DNA of 61,101 nucleotides, the filler included. It is 7 parts of 7 records of this genome, joined end to end, with 100 filler letters (N's around TTAATTAATTAA, not from the genome) between each part and the next. Parts side by side here need not be neighbours in the genome. Positions count along the whole stretch, not along the records: positions 23,216 to 32,223 come from SRR31156797_63851; positions 32,324 to 38,706 come from SRR31156797_63881; positions 38,807 to 44,637 come from SRR31156797_63918; 4 more parts are not named here. The stretch is one strand, 5' to 3'. A program made the position numbers and the translations under genes. This document shows positions 28,580-38,878 of this stretch, in pieces. Numbering within the stretch: position 1 is the stretch's first letter; each line of letters opens with the position of its first letter. The notes under the pieces were generated by a model. That model was not told the DNA's origin, did not search any database, and worked only from the letters and a program-made list of their open reading frames with translations.

Positions 28580-30826
28580 TCAACCTTTCTCTTCCGTTTT
28601 GGCTCCATGATTCGGGGGTAAACACTTCTTTAACCGTACCAGTGTATTTTTGCTGATATTTCCAGTAATTGGGTCCTGTGCATTCCAGGGATAGAGAACA
28701 TTTGGATTGACGCCCCCATCAAAGGAAGTCTTTGCTTTTAATCCCAGTTCCGCACAACCCTGCCACCATCCGTGCTGGCCCATGACCGTATCCCGCCGCA
28801 TGCCTTTAAATAAGGCCACCCGGACAATGATTCTGCCGTGGGGAGACGCAACTTCCACCCAATCCCCTGTTGCAAGGCCGTACACTTTTGCCGTTAGCGG
28901 ATGAATCTTGATGTAAGGATGACGGTGTTGCTCTCGCAGCCAGGGCAGGTCCCGCATCCACGAATGGTGGCTCAAAGCGTCCGAGTGCTCGTCGGTGAAC
29001 AGGAGCGGATAACCCTTTTGAAGATCGGGTGCATTGATGGGATCCTCAGGCTCGCCTCGATAGGTGGGAAGTGCCTCAAAGCCTGCATCGGCCAACTGTT
29101 TGTTGTGAAGCTGAACTTTTCCTTCCGGAAGCCGGCTAAAAAATTTGGCGTATCGTTCACGTTGATCCATACCTGAATGTGACGGCAGATAGATCCCATT
29201 ACGCCCGCTTTCTCTCAAGTCTTCAAGGGTCACGCCGGAGGGCGCCAGGAACTCCCGCACCATGATTTCCCGATCCCCCTCCCAGAAATCCTTTCCCAAA
29301 CCGAGACGTTGCGCCAAATCCAGAGTGACCGCCAATTCGTCGCGGCACTCGCCCAAAGGGAGGATGACCCTTCGACTCATGGCCAGGTGGTTCCCCCAGA
29401 GACAGGGCTGATCGGCGCATTCGTAGCGGGTCGCGGCGGGAAGCACCAGATCCGCAAAACAGCTGGTGGGATTCAGGGTCACATCAAACTGGACCAGAAA
29501 ATCCAGCCGGTTCAGGGCCCGGGCCATTCGGGAAGGATCGCGTGCGGTGTTAACGGGATTGGAACCATAAAGCAGCATGGTGCGGGGCCGGTAAGGTTTA
29601 CCCTCAATCAGGGCGCGAATCACATCTGGAAAATGGGCAAAGGCCCCGCCGTGGGAACGGACATAAAAGCGATCGCCCCCGAGAACACGGGCCTTCTGAT
29701 GTTTGGAGAGATGGCGGAAAAGCACGTCAAAGCCAAGTCGAGCGGACGGTTGAAACCAGATATTGCCGCCCGGGCGATCCAGGTGCCCGGTGAGGGCCAT
29801 GAGGATTGGAACGGCGGTGCCAAAAGATTGAAGGTCTCTTTTTTGGGGGGCCTCTGAGTACCGAATCGCCGCACGCGGGGTCGTCGCGTACGCCTGGGCC
29901 AGAGAGATGATTTCTTCGGCCGCCACGCCGGTGACGGCCGCGGCCCAACGGGGTGTGTATGATTGTACGTGGGCGGACAAGGCGTCAAAACCTGAACACC
30001 AGTTGGAGACGAAATCCCGATCGTAGAGACCCCGTTGTATGATAACGTGAATCATACAGAGTGCCAGGGCCCCGTCAGTCCCGGGCCGGATCGGCACCCA
30101 CCGGTGACAACGGCCATTGGCCGCCAGAGGGATCAACTGGGGGTTGATAACGATCAATTTTGCCCCCTGGTCCAGCCGGTCCAGAATTTTTTTAGGCACG
30201 CTTCGAAGGTTGGTATCCGCCGTTTCCACGCCTCCCCGGGCTGGTCCGCCCTGCCCTCCGCTGGTGAACCATTCGATGATCAGATCGGCGTTATCATAGT
30301 CCGGTCTGGCGTAAGTGGGTCCACCGACCGTAAGCTTGTGGTAAAAAAGCTGAGGTCCGTAGCAGACGTATGGACTCCAGGGGGTGAAATTTGGCGAACC
30401 GAGAGCATGAAGAAATCGCAGAATGACCAGGTGATGCAAGCTGAACCAGCCGGCTGCCTGGCCTTTGCTCGCCAGGATATATTCCGGGCCGTAATCCTGC
30501 CGGGTTTCGCCGATTTTCTGAACGAGTATGGCCATGGCCTCGTCCCAGGAAATCCTTTTAAATTGATCGGTTCCTTTAGGCCCCCGGCGCTTCAGCGGAT
30601 GCAGCACCCGACGCGGATTGTAAACCCACTGGGGTGCAGCCAAGCCCTTGGCGCAAAGCCTGGCCTTATTGAGCGGGTGCCCAGGATTCCCCTCTACCTT
30701 TGTCATGACCCCTTTTTGAACGTGGGCCAATATTCCGCAATTGTACCCACCGTAGGAGCAGCCGTGGCAAAGGGTCGAAATAATGCCGTCCATTTGGGGT
30801 AAAAATGGATCATTTTGCGGATTCAT
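28580..30826 (-). CDS. Mo/W-bisPGD (DMSO reductase superfamily) catalytic subunit, cytoplasmic
   Basis: CHGCSYGGYNC...LCAKG Fe-S motif, RISWDEA, RPGTDGAL, ADLVLP and HGWW; no Tat signal. Confidence 0.92.
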   Translation of the reverse strand: MNPQNDPFLPQMDGIISTLCHGCSYGGYNCGILAHVQKGVMTKVEGNPGHPLNKARLCAKGLAAPQWVYNPRRVLHPLKRRGPKGTDQFKRISWDEAMAILVQKIGETRQDYGPEYILASKGQAAGWFSLHHLVILRFLHALGSPNFTPWSPYVCYGPQLFYHKLTVGGPTYARPDYDNADLIIEWFTSGGQGGPARGGVETADTNLRSVPKKILDRLDQGAKLIVINPQLIPLAANGRCHRWVPIRPGTDGALALCMIHVIIQRGLYDRDFVSNWCSGFDALSAHVQSYTPRWAAAVTGVAAEEIISLAQAYATTPRAAIRYSEAPQKRDLQSFGTAVPILMALTGHLDRPGGNIWFQPSARLGFDVLFRHLSKHQKARVLGGDRFYVRSHGGAFAHFPDVIRALIEGKPYRPRTMLLYGSNPVNTARDPSRMARALNRLDFLVQFDVTLNPTSCFADLVLPAATRYECADQPCLWGNHLAMSRRVILPLGECRDELAVTLDLAQRLGLGKDFWEGDREIMVREFLAPSGVTLEDLRESGRNGIYLPSHSGMDQRERYAKFFSRLPEGKVQLHNKQLADAGFEALPTYRGEPEDPINAPDLQKGYPLLFTDEHSDALSHHSWMRDLPWLREQHRHPYIKIHPLTAKVYGLATGDWVEVASPHGRIIVRVALFKGMRRDTVMGQHGWWQGCAELGLKAKTSFDGGVNPNVLYPWNAQDPITGNISKNTLVRLKKCLPPNHGAKTEEKG

Positions 30827-30898
30827 CCTTACACCTCCATGATTATGGCGCCTGATTGAAAACAGGGATTCAAATGCAGGCCCTTAAGCACACTCGGC

Positions 30899-32017
30899 CT
30901 ATGCGGGGGGCTCTGTTCCGGCGCTCCTTTCTTCCAGACGTTGCCGGACCAGCTCGGAAAATCCCGGCTGCGGATCAGGAATATCTTCGCGTCGTACCAT
31001 TTTAATGGCATCGTTGGGGCAGCTGGACGTACAGACCCCGCACCCGATGCACCACTCCAGGTCCACTTGGGACGAACCTTCCCCCACCGTTACGGCGTCA
31101 ATGGGGCAGGCTTCCACACAGAGTCCGCAGCCGTCGCACCCGTCCATGTCCGTTTTTCGGATGAATTGGCAGGCCATCAAAAGATCACGGGGAATCCTGC
31201 GGCGTTTATAATTGCCCAGGCTCCAGCAGCAGCAGGGACAGCAATTGCAGGCGTGTTTGATTTGACCGTCCACAACGTTGTCGGCAAAATGTACGCAACC
31301 CGCTTCTTCGGCCGCCCGGTTCAGGGCCAGCGCCTCGTCCGTGGAGAGTTCCCGCCCGATCCCCGTATCAATGACGTATTCGGCCAGATCGTCGTACTTC
31401 ATACAGACTTCCAGGGGGTATTGACAGGGATTTCGTCCTTTCAGTCTCGACATCACCCGACAATTGCAATTCACCACCGCAACACGATCCGTTTGAGCAA
31501 TCACGTTTTCAATGTCCGCGTAAGGGAGCACCGCTTGTTTTTGGGTTTCAATGGTACGGTAGGCGGGGATCCATCGGTAGACCTGGCTTTTGGGTCCGCC
31601 AAAGGCTTTCAGCAACGTTTCTTTTCGTGAATGGCGGATGCAAAGATCGGCCATTTTGCGGGCATAGGGAGTATCCTCATTGGGCCAGAAGATGGCCTGA
31701 GGCATGCCGTAACCGAACTGGTGCAGGCAATATCCCCATTGGCCATCGGCCGTCTTGCGCCGGTAAACCAGGCCTCGAAGCGCCAAATCGGAGAGAAGCG
31801 CTTCCACCTGGTCTCCGGAAAGGCCGCATTTCAATGCAATCTCCCGGGCAGAATGGGTCTCAAAGGGGCCAACGCCCGAAGGTATGTGCAAAAGGATTTG
31901 GGCTTCTTGCGGATTCAGGCTCTCCCTGAGAATCTGCACCAGATATTCGTTGTAAGGCGGTCCCATAGCCAGGTCCGCCATGTGAACGGCGAGTTGTTCG
32001 TAGAGGTCCGTTGTCAT
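30899..32017 (-). CDS. Cys-rich 4Fe-4S binding protein with N-terminal winged-helix-like region
   Basis: CNCR, CNCCPCCC and two C-terminal CxxCxxCxxxCP motifs. Confidence 0.85.
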   Translation of the reverse strand: MTTDLYEQLAVHMADLAMGPPYNEYLVQILRESLNPQEAQILLHIPSGVGPFETHSAREIALKCGLSGDQVEALLSDLALRGLVYRRKTADGQWGYCLHQFGYGMPQAIFWPNEDTPYARKMADLCIRHSRKETLLKAFGGPKSQVYRWIPAYRTIETQKQAVLPYADIENVIAQTDRVAVVNCNCRVMSRLKGRNPCQYPLEVCMKYDDLAEYVIDTGIGRELSTDEALALNRAAEEAGCVHFADNVVDGQIKHACNCCPCCCWSLGNYKRRRIPRDLLMACQFIRKTDMDGCDGCGLCVEACPIDAVTVGEGSSQVDLEWCIGCGVCTSSCPNDAIKMVRREDIPDPQPGFSELVRQRLEERSAGTEPPA

Positions 32018-32034
32018 ACGCTTCTCCTTCTCAC

Positions 32035-32223
32035 TTAAGACCAGCGGCCCAAAAGGGACGTCTTGCCTTGCGTCATGTGTTCATGAATCGCCTTTTCCAC
32101 CCTTGAGGGATCCCGATGGAGGATTCCCTGGAAAATTTCACGATGTCCGTTCAAGGCCTCATGGGCCGCACCGGGGGACCGGAAGGCTTCCATACGGTAG
32201 AGCAGCATCCTCTCCTGGAGCGA
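32035..32223 (-). CDS. GntR-family regulator FCD domain C-terminus (truncated by the contig end)
   Basis: Manual translation SLQERMLLYRMEAFRSPGAAHEALNGHREIFQGILHRDPSRVEKAIHEHM fits the FCD pattern H..I...I...D...A.....H. Confidence 0.7.
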   Translation of the reverse strand, partial: SLQERMLLYRMEAFRSPGAAHEALNGHREIFQGILHRDPSRVEKAIHEHMTQGKTSLLGRWS

Positions 32224-32323
32224 NNNNNNNNNNNNNNNNNNNNNNNNNNNNNNNNNNNNNNNNNNNNTTAATTAATTAANNNNNNNNNNNNNNNNNNNNN
32301 NNNNNNNNNNNNNNNNNNNNNNN
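32224..32323. other. Artificial contig linker
   Basis: N-run + TTAATTAATTAA + N-run. Confidence 0.99.
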
Positions 32324-33335
32324 ACCAGATGGCAGGATATCCCCATTTCCATGCAAGTTCCGGCATATAGGAGAAGTTCATCCCGTACATCCCGGCAAGG
32401 AATGTCAATGGTATGAAAATGGTAGCTATGATAGTAAGCGTTTTCATAACTTCATTCATTTTATTGCTTACACTTGACATGTAGACATCCAGTATACCGG
32501 AGAGTATATCGCGATAAGTGTCGATGGTCTCTGCTATCTGGATCGTATGATCATAGACATCTCTGAGAAATGTAAAGGTTGTCTCTTTAAAAAGTGGAGA
32601 CTCTGTTCTTCCCATGTTATTGATGACTTCCCGGAGAGGCCAGACGGACTTGCGAAGGTAGATCATCTCTTTCTTCATCTCATGTATACTCTGGAGGGTC
32701 TCAGGGTTTGGATCCTCTATCAGTCTATCCTCCAGTTCCTCGATAATATCCCCTGACCCCTCTATGATCACGAAGTAATTGTCAACTATAGAATCGATGA
32801 GTGCATACGCCAGATAATCGGCACCCATTGTGCGTATCCTTCCCTTTGAGTTCCTGATACGTTCCCTCACTGGACCGAAAGTATCACATTCAAACTCCTG
32901 GAACGACAGCACGAAATCCTTTCCAAGTACTATGCTGACCTGCTCTCCCTTTATACTGGTATCGTCTTCTATGAACCTTAGCATCTTAAGGACGATGTAT
33001 ATGTAAGAGTCATGGTCCTCCATCTTCGGTCTCTGGCTTGTGTGAACGATATCTTCCATTACCAGCGGATGCAGGCCAAAGTGCTTTCCAAGTTTCTCAA
33101 TTGTGTCTACCTGGTGGATGCCATCGACATTGATCCACGATACTGTAGGGGAATCTTTGAACGGGAAGCATTCTTCTACGTCATCGACAATTCTTTCATG
33201 ACAATTGTTCCTGTCGTAGTCCATAATGGTTATCTTTACGTTCCCTGTCCTTTTCTCTCCCACATGTACCAGGCTTCCGGGCACCATTCCTGCTTTCTTT
33301 GATCCTCTACCTGCAAATTTCCTGATACATAACAC
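32324..33335 (-). CDS. corA: Magnesium/cobalt transporter CorA (3' truncated)
   Basis: HPLVMEDI...QRPK, MK.LT....IF.PLTF.AG.YGMNF..MPEL signature. Confidence 0.95.
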
Positions 33336-33403
33336 CCCCGCTTACTTTTCATTGACCGGAATGAACAGAAAATGAACAGAAATGATCACGCCGATCCCAC
33401 AAA

Positions 33404-34570
33404 TTATGAAAGCATTTTCCTGTAAACATCTACTGTCATCTTCGCTATGTTGTTCCAGTTGTACCTTGTTCCAATGAGTTTTTTCCCCACTTTTCCAAGC
33501 TCATCGTCCTCATAGTTGTCCAGTACATGGTTTATTCCCCATGCAATTGATCCAGGATCCTGATAGACTATGACCCCGTCCGTGAAATTATCTATCAGTG
33601 ATATCGCATTGGTTGCAACAATGTTCTTACTGGCATCCCATGCCTCGAGCAATATGATCCCGAAGGGTTCGTTGCGGCTTGGGACACATATGAGATTGCA
33701 GGCGTTCATCCACTCCTTCTTGACGGATTCATCAACATAGCCCAGAAAATGACAGCTATCATGGATACCCATTTCATGGGCGATACGTTCGCATTCAGGT
33801 CTCATCTCACCTTCGCCTATGATCACAAATTTTGCATCCCATCTGTTAGCAAGCACATCAGGGATCGCCTTTACAAAAAGATCCGGACCCTTCTGGTAGT
33901 TCATCCTTCCAACAAAAAGGACAACCGGGGCGTATGGATGTATACCATACTCCTCCTTGATCATTCCAGGGTCAACTTCCATCTCTATAGTGTGCTCATA
34001 TATACCGTTTGGGACTATGGATATCTTGTGATCAGGTATCTGGTAGAGGTACTGTATCTCCTTTGTAAGGTTAGTAGATGTAGATATAACACATGCGGAT
34101 TCATATCCTCCTCTCCATTCGCGGTGGCTTATCTCTGTGGCTTCCCACCAGGTTCCGTGCTGGTTCCCGTTCCTTCCCCATTCCGTGCTGTGATATGTAA
34201 ATGCAAAGGGAAGACCAAATTCCTCTTTAAGTCTGCATACAAGGTTCACAGGATGCCAGTCATGTACATGTGTCAGGTCAAAATCCCCGAAATTTCTCGT
34301 TGCTTCAATAAAAGCGGCATACATAGAGTCACACATGCTGTCCATCTGCTGTACTATTCCACCGTCAAGTGCATGGTATATTCTATGATAATGTACTCCG
34401 TTCACAATCTCATAAGGAAGCATATCCCTGTTCCGTGTGAAGATATGTACTTCATGTCCCGTGGTAGCCAGAGCTTCTGATAGTTCAGTAACGTGTGGTG
34501 CCAGTCCCCCGACCTTTACAGCATTCAGACTTTCCCATGAGAACATGGCTATTCGTAATCTATCTTTCAT
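33404..34570 (-). CDS. GT4 glycosyltransferase
   Basis: SWE...KVGGL, HVHDWH, FVGR...QKG and PSRNEPFGI..LEA motifs. Confidence 0.9.
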   Translation of the reverse strand: MKDRLRIAMFSWESLNAVKVGGLAPHVTELSEALATTGHEVHIFTRNRDMLPYEIVNGVHYHRIYHALDGGIVQQMDSMCDSMYAAFIEATRNFGDFDLTHVHDWHPVNLVCRLKEEFGLPFAFTYHSTEWGRNGNQHGTWWEATEISHREWRGGYESACVISTSTNLTKEIQYLYQIPDHKISIVPNGIYEHTIEMEVDPGMIKEEYGIHPYAPVVLFVGRMNYQKGPDLFVKAIPDVLANRWDAKFVIIGEGEMRPECERIAHEMGIHDSCHFLGYVDESVKKEWMNACNLICVPSRNEPFGIILLEAWDASKNIVATNAISLIDNFTDGVIVYQDPGSIAWGINHVLDNYEDDELGKVGKKLIGTRYNWNNIAKMTVDVYRKMLS

Positions 34571-34589
34571 TGATTACACCCTATAGTTT

Positions 34590-35567
34590 TTATTCCTTCC
34601 CAAGAAGCTGCCTGGCAGCTACTTCCGGTGGCATTGTGTTGATATATATTTCAGTGTTCTTTTCAAATCCGGCTGCAATTGATGTCAATGGAGCTATACG
34701 TACATTGAAATGGTACCTGATGTCCTGTTCTATCTGGAAGAACATGTAGTTGTATGCCAGTTCCGGTATTGTATTGTCTAATAGTGAAACGGCTTTCCTG
34801 ATGCAGTCTCCCAGAGAGAACAACATCTCATCACTAAAAGCGGATAAATGGTTTACATGCTTCTTTGGAAGCATCCACATCTCATAAGGAGATTTAGAAT
34901 AGTACGGAGCAATCAGGATGAAATCATCGTTCTCATACACCATTCTTTCTTTTCCGTTTTCTTTTTCAACTATGGTACAATAAGGGCAATTTTCAATTTC
35001 GTCAATTACCTTTTGTTCTTTCTTAATGGAAGAAGGCATTAAAGAAAGTGCAATGAGCTGTGAGTGTGTATGTTCCAGTGAAGCACCTGCCTTTTTCCCC
35101 CAGTTCTTGAAAAGGGAGACATATTTAATTCCATCCTGTGACTGGTAATGCTCTACTCTGTCCCTATATGCTTTCATCAGCAGAAGGATCTCATCATCCG
35201 AGAAAAGGTGTAGTCTGCTGTCATGCAGAGGATTCTCAATTATGACTTCATGAAATCCAAATCCTTTTTTGGTCTCAAAAGGTGCGTCTTCGACTTCATT
35301 AGCATTGGGAGAGAGTGCAGGATAAAGGTTTGGAATGCATCTGATATCCCAGTTTTTAACAAGTGCTTTATCCGTATCTTCAAGTACTGTTCCTTCCTTG
35401 TAGACAGCAGTTGCAGGTGGAGTCTCCTCTTCATGTCCTTTGCAGAATACGCAGCTTGAAGATTTTATATCCTCACCACACGCTTTTGGAGCAGAGGGCC
35501 TCTTACTTCTTCCGAATGCTATTATGCAGTGCTCGTCAAGAAAATAATGTTTACGTATTTCGGACAT
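34590..35567 (-). CDS. GalT-family (HIT-like) sugar-phosphate nucleotidyltransferase
   Basis: CVFC.G.E..TP, PNLYPAL, HEVIIE, GASLEHTHSQ and CPYC motifs. Confidence 0.9.
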   Translation of the reverse strand: MSEIRKHYFLDEHCIIAFGRSKRPSAPKACGEDIKSSSCVFCKGHEEETPPATAVYKEGTVLEDTDKALVKNWDIRCIPNLYPALSPNANEVEDAPFETKKGFGFHEVIIENPLHDSRLHLFSDDEILLLMKAYRDRVEHYQSQDGIKYVSLFKNWGKKAGASLEHTHSQLIALSLMPSSIKKEQKVIDEIENCPYCTIVEKENGKERMVYENDDFILIAPYYSKSPYEMWMLPKKHVNHLSAFSDEMLFSLGDCIRKAVSLLDNTIPELAYNYMFFQIEQDIRYHFNVRIAPLTSIAAGFEKNTEIYINTMPPEVAARQLLGKE

Positions 35568-35570
35568 AGT

Positions 35571-37421
35571 TCACTCCATTCTTGTTCCGGTTAGAAGCTC
35601 ATAGTAAGTTTTAATGGGGGCTTCCCAGTTCATGTCCCTTGCCAGCAGGTTAGCTTCCTGGCAGAGAAGGTTATATTTTACCTTGTCATCGGTATAGGTG
35701 CTAATGAAATAGTCCATAGCCAGTGCATAATCAGCGATCGATTCAAGATAAGGTATATTGATGTTATCAACGACGATTACACCACCCATTCCCATTACCA
35801 GCCTTTTAAGCGTCGTGAGGGCATCACTGAAACCACATACCTTGCTTACTATGCTTGGTGTGGATTCCTTGCCTGCTTCAAGCCCTGTAAGAAGGAATGG
35901 TTCATATTTAGAAGGGAATACTCCGGCAATACATCCTGACATGAACTCATCCGGGTTCAAGTTAAGACCACCGTCATGATCAGATATCCACTGCGGGTAC
36001 AATACTGCTGAAACATGTCTGCTGCCATCGGGTATTTTAGAGCAGTCAAGTCCTCTGGACTCTATCATCTGTTGCAGGCGTATTTCCTCTCCGACAAGTA
36101 CTTCTTCAGGAAGGTTGATCGGGAAATTCTCGGGAGTATCAGTTTTTGGACCCTGTGCTGCTATGATGAAGCATATGACGCGATAGTCTTCATCCAAATG
36201 ACCGGCTTCGATCTCGGTCTTTATCATCCTGTCAAGTATTACAAGGGAATCTAAAAGATCAGGGTAGCCTTTGTTCTCTATTTCTATCCTCGATATAGAG
36301 AAAATCGGGATAATCCTGTCAGGTGGGATCATTCTGCTATCGAACACATTATTTATCTTCTCGGAGAGGAATGCCTGGATCTTTCTTCTGGAATTTATTT
36401 TCTTTTCCCAGTCGATCTCCTCATCCTCTTTATCGATACCATTGCGAACTATTATAGAGTCAATATCATAGAATAGCTTTATTTCCTTACGGGTGGAATC
36501 ACCCACTGCTGTCACCACATCTGCATGAGCTGAAAGTGATTCCAGTTTCGCATGGTTAATAGGAACACCGCTGTCCCATGAACTGTCATTCTCCCTTATC
36601 TTCTGGATTGAGCGGTGACCGGATGACCTTCCCGGAAGTGTTGCATGATATGTTGCAACGGTCTTGACACTGATGCCGAGCTTCTTCAGGCGTGTGAGTG
36701 CATAAAAGACACCGAACTCATGACAGTGAAGAGAAACATGTATCTCCGGCATAAGAGAAGCTGCAAATTCAGATATATCTTTGTCCCCATACTCCTCTGA
36801 ACTCTTCTCTCTGGCAGTTACCAGTGCTCGTACAAATTCCGAGATAGCATAGGAGAGATTTAGGTAATGAGTGTACTCCATACCATTACCCATGTTCTCA
36901 TAGGTCATGGAATCAAGTCCTGCAAGATCATATGCCTCTGCCTTGATCATACTGGCAAGGCACATCTCCTTTCCTTTGTATTCCCTGCTCACCCTGCAAA
37001 AATCATCAGTCCTGAACATCAGATGAATGACCTTCACACCTTTTACCATCTCGATACCGACAAAGGATTCTATTCCCCTTCTTTTTAGTTCCTCGATGGT
37101 CTCAAAAAGCTCGCCTTCGGATTCTATTTCTTCAAAGGAGCCCATATCAGTTATACGGTTTAAACCCTTGTTCCAGTCAGAACCACTATGTCCGTAGTAA
37201 GGCCCGGCAACAATGATACTTGGTGTTGTTTCCTCATCGATAATGCCTTTGCTGATAAGACTGGCAAGACTTTTTGCTTCGGCATCTATGACATTCCAGA
37301 TACCTCCCATTTTGTTGGACCGTGGTCCTGCCTCCTCACCAGCTATTATTATACATTTGCTTTCAAGCGTCATTCCCTTTCTCCCAAAATTATCTTCCTT
37401 TTTTAATAGTGTCCCAATCAT
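35571..37421 (-). CDS. Glycogen synthase-like glycosyltransferase (GT3-like)
   Basis: NKMGGIW, HCHEF, HAT..GR, R.E.ENKG.P and G...GVFPS.YEPF resemble GT3 synthases. The start may instead be 37373. Confidence 0.75.
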   Translation of the reverse strand: MIGTLLKKEDNFGRKGMTLESKCIIIAGEEAGPRSNKMGGIWNVIDAEAKSLASLISKGIIDEETTPSIIVAGPYYGHSGSDWNKGLNRITDMGSFEEIESEGELFETIEELKRRGIESFVGIEMVKGVKVIHLMFRTDDFCRVSREYKGKEMCLASMIKAEAYDLAGLDSMTYENMGNGMEYTHYLNLSYAISEFVRALVTAREKSSEEYGDKDISEFAASLMPEIHVSLHCHEFGVFYALTRLKKLGISVKTVATYHATLPGRSSGHRSIQKIRENDSSWDSGVPINHAKLESLSAHADVVTAVGDSTRKEIKLFYDIDSIIVRNGIDKEDEEIDWEKKINSRRKIQAFLSEKINNVFDSRMIPPDRIIPIFSISRIEIENKGYPDLLDSLVILDRMIKTEIEAGHLDEDYRVICFIIAAQGPKTDTPENFPINLPEEVLVGEEIRLQQMIESRGLDCSKIPDGSRHVSAVLYPQWISDHDGGLNLNPDEFMSGCIAGVFPSKYEPFLLTGLEAGKESTPSIVSKVCGFSDALTTLKRLVMGMGGVIVVDNINIPYLESIADYALAMDYFISTYTDDKVKYNLLCQEANLLARDMNWEAPIKTYYELLTGTRME

Positions 37422-37597
37422 ATATCAAAATATCTCAGGAGCTTTACTGATCGGGATATTTTCAGGTAACGTTTTAACAAAATGGTATAATGCATACTTT
37501 TTTATCTGTACTTTGAAGTCGTACTCCAGAAAGCTTTTATTACTCCTGCAGGCATAAAGGGAACCGGGTTTTTGAATATCGACCCAGCGGATAATAC

Positions 37598-38623
37598 ATG
37601 AATAATCTAATAATCTGGTTTTTAATCGTTCTCTGCCTGATTCAGTCCGGGATATTTTCCGGTCTGACCATCGGTATGTTCGGCCTGAGTCGCCTTCGTC
37701 TTGAAATTGAGGCAGAGGCTAAGAATAAGAATGCAAAAAAAGTACTGGAGCTTAGAAAGAATTCACATTTGCTTCTTTCAACCTTGCTCTGGGGTAATGT
37801 AGGAATCAATGTTCTTTTGACCTTGCTAACAGATTCGGTTATGGCAGGAGCATCAGCTTTTGTATTCTCCACAGTTTTCATAACATTATTCGGTGAAATA
37901 GCTCCACAGGCATACTTTACACGTAATTCCATAAGACTTGGAGCCTCACTTTCCCCGCTTGTAAAGTTCTATATGTTATTGTTGTATCCGGTTGCAAAAC
38001 CTTCGGCAGTTTTGCTGGATCTGTGGCTTGGTAAAGAAAAAATGGAATTCTTCAAGGAACGTTCCCTTGGAATTATGCTTAAAAAACACATCGTTTCAGA
38101 GAGCAGCGACATTGATCACCTGGAAGGCCTTGGTGCATTAAATTTTCTTTCTATTGATGATCTTTTTGTGAAACAGGAAGGTTCGAAACTTGATCCTTTG
38201 AGTATTATCTCTCTTCCTACTTTTAACGGTCTGGTTATATTCCCGTCCGTGGACGACCAGGAGTTTGATTCCTTGCTTGAGAAGATGGCTTCCAGCTCTA
38301 AGAAGTGGGTCATAGTTGTAGACGAAACTGGCGAGCCAGCACTGGCTATTGATTCAGGTTCATTCCTGCGTGATGCCATATACGGGGAGAAGGAGTTCAA
38401 TCCATACAGCTACTGCCATCATCCCATCATCATACGTAACCCTAAAGAGAAAATCGGTGATGTACTACATCGTCTGAAGGTCTATCCTGTGGACGCAGAG
38501 GATGATGTCATAGATGACGACCTGATACTTTACTGGAACAAAGAAGATTCTGAAAAGATAATTATAACCGGTTCTGACATACTTGGTAGGCTACTCAGAG
38601 GGATAGTCATAAGGGTCGAATGA
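37598..38623 (+). CDS. DUF21/CNNM transmembrane-domain protein
   Basis: FSGLT.G.FGL, LL.TLL.GNV..N and FGEI.PQ motifs; degenerate CBS-like C-terminal half. Confidence 0.85.
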   Translation: MNNLIIWFLIVLCLIQSGIFSGLTIGMFGLSRLRLEIEAEAKNKNAKKVLELRKNSHLLLSTLLWGNVGINVLLTLLTDSVMAGASAFVFSTVFITLFGEIAPQAYFTRNSIRLGASLSPLVKFYMLLLYPVAKPSAVLLDLWLGKEKMEFFKERSLGIMLKKHIVSESSDIDHLEGLGALNFLSIDDLFVKQEGSKLDPLSIISLPTFNGLVIFPSVDDQEFDSLLEKMASSSKKWVIVVDETGEPALAIDSGSFLRDAIYGEKEFNPYSYCHHPIIIRNPKEKIGDVLHRLKVYPVDAEDDVIDDDLILYWNKEDSEKIIITGSDILGRLLRGIVIRVE

Positions 38624-38676
38624 ATAATCTCTGTTTATCCCATTCATTTCATTATATTTAACAATTTGATAATCTT

Positions 38677-38706
38677 GGCTCTGTAGAAATCCTGCTAATT
38701 GCAACT
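38677..38706 (+). mobile_element. Terminal repeat of an IS/MITE at the contig end
   Basis: GGCTCTGTAGAAATCCTGCTAATTGCAACT matches both ends of the 20834-21228 element; the contig stops inside it. Confidence 0.6.
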
Positions 38707-38806
38707 NNNNNNNNNNNNNNNNNNNNNNNNNNNNNNNNNNNNNNNNNNNNTTAATTAATTAANNNNNNNNNNNNNNNNNNNNNNNNNNNNNNNNNNNNNN
38801 NNNNNN
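38707..38806. other. Artificial contig linker
   Basis: N-run + TTAATTAATTAA + N-run. Confidence 0.99.
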
Positions 38807-38878
38807 CAGCGTATTGGTCATACGTAAACCAGGCTGGTCGCTGGAAGATCTGGTGCCCTGCGAGCAGTTATCTTTTGC

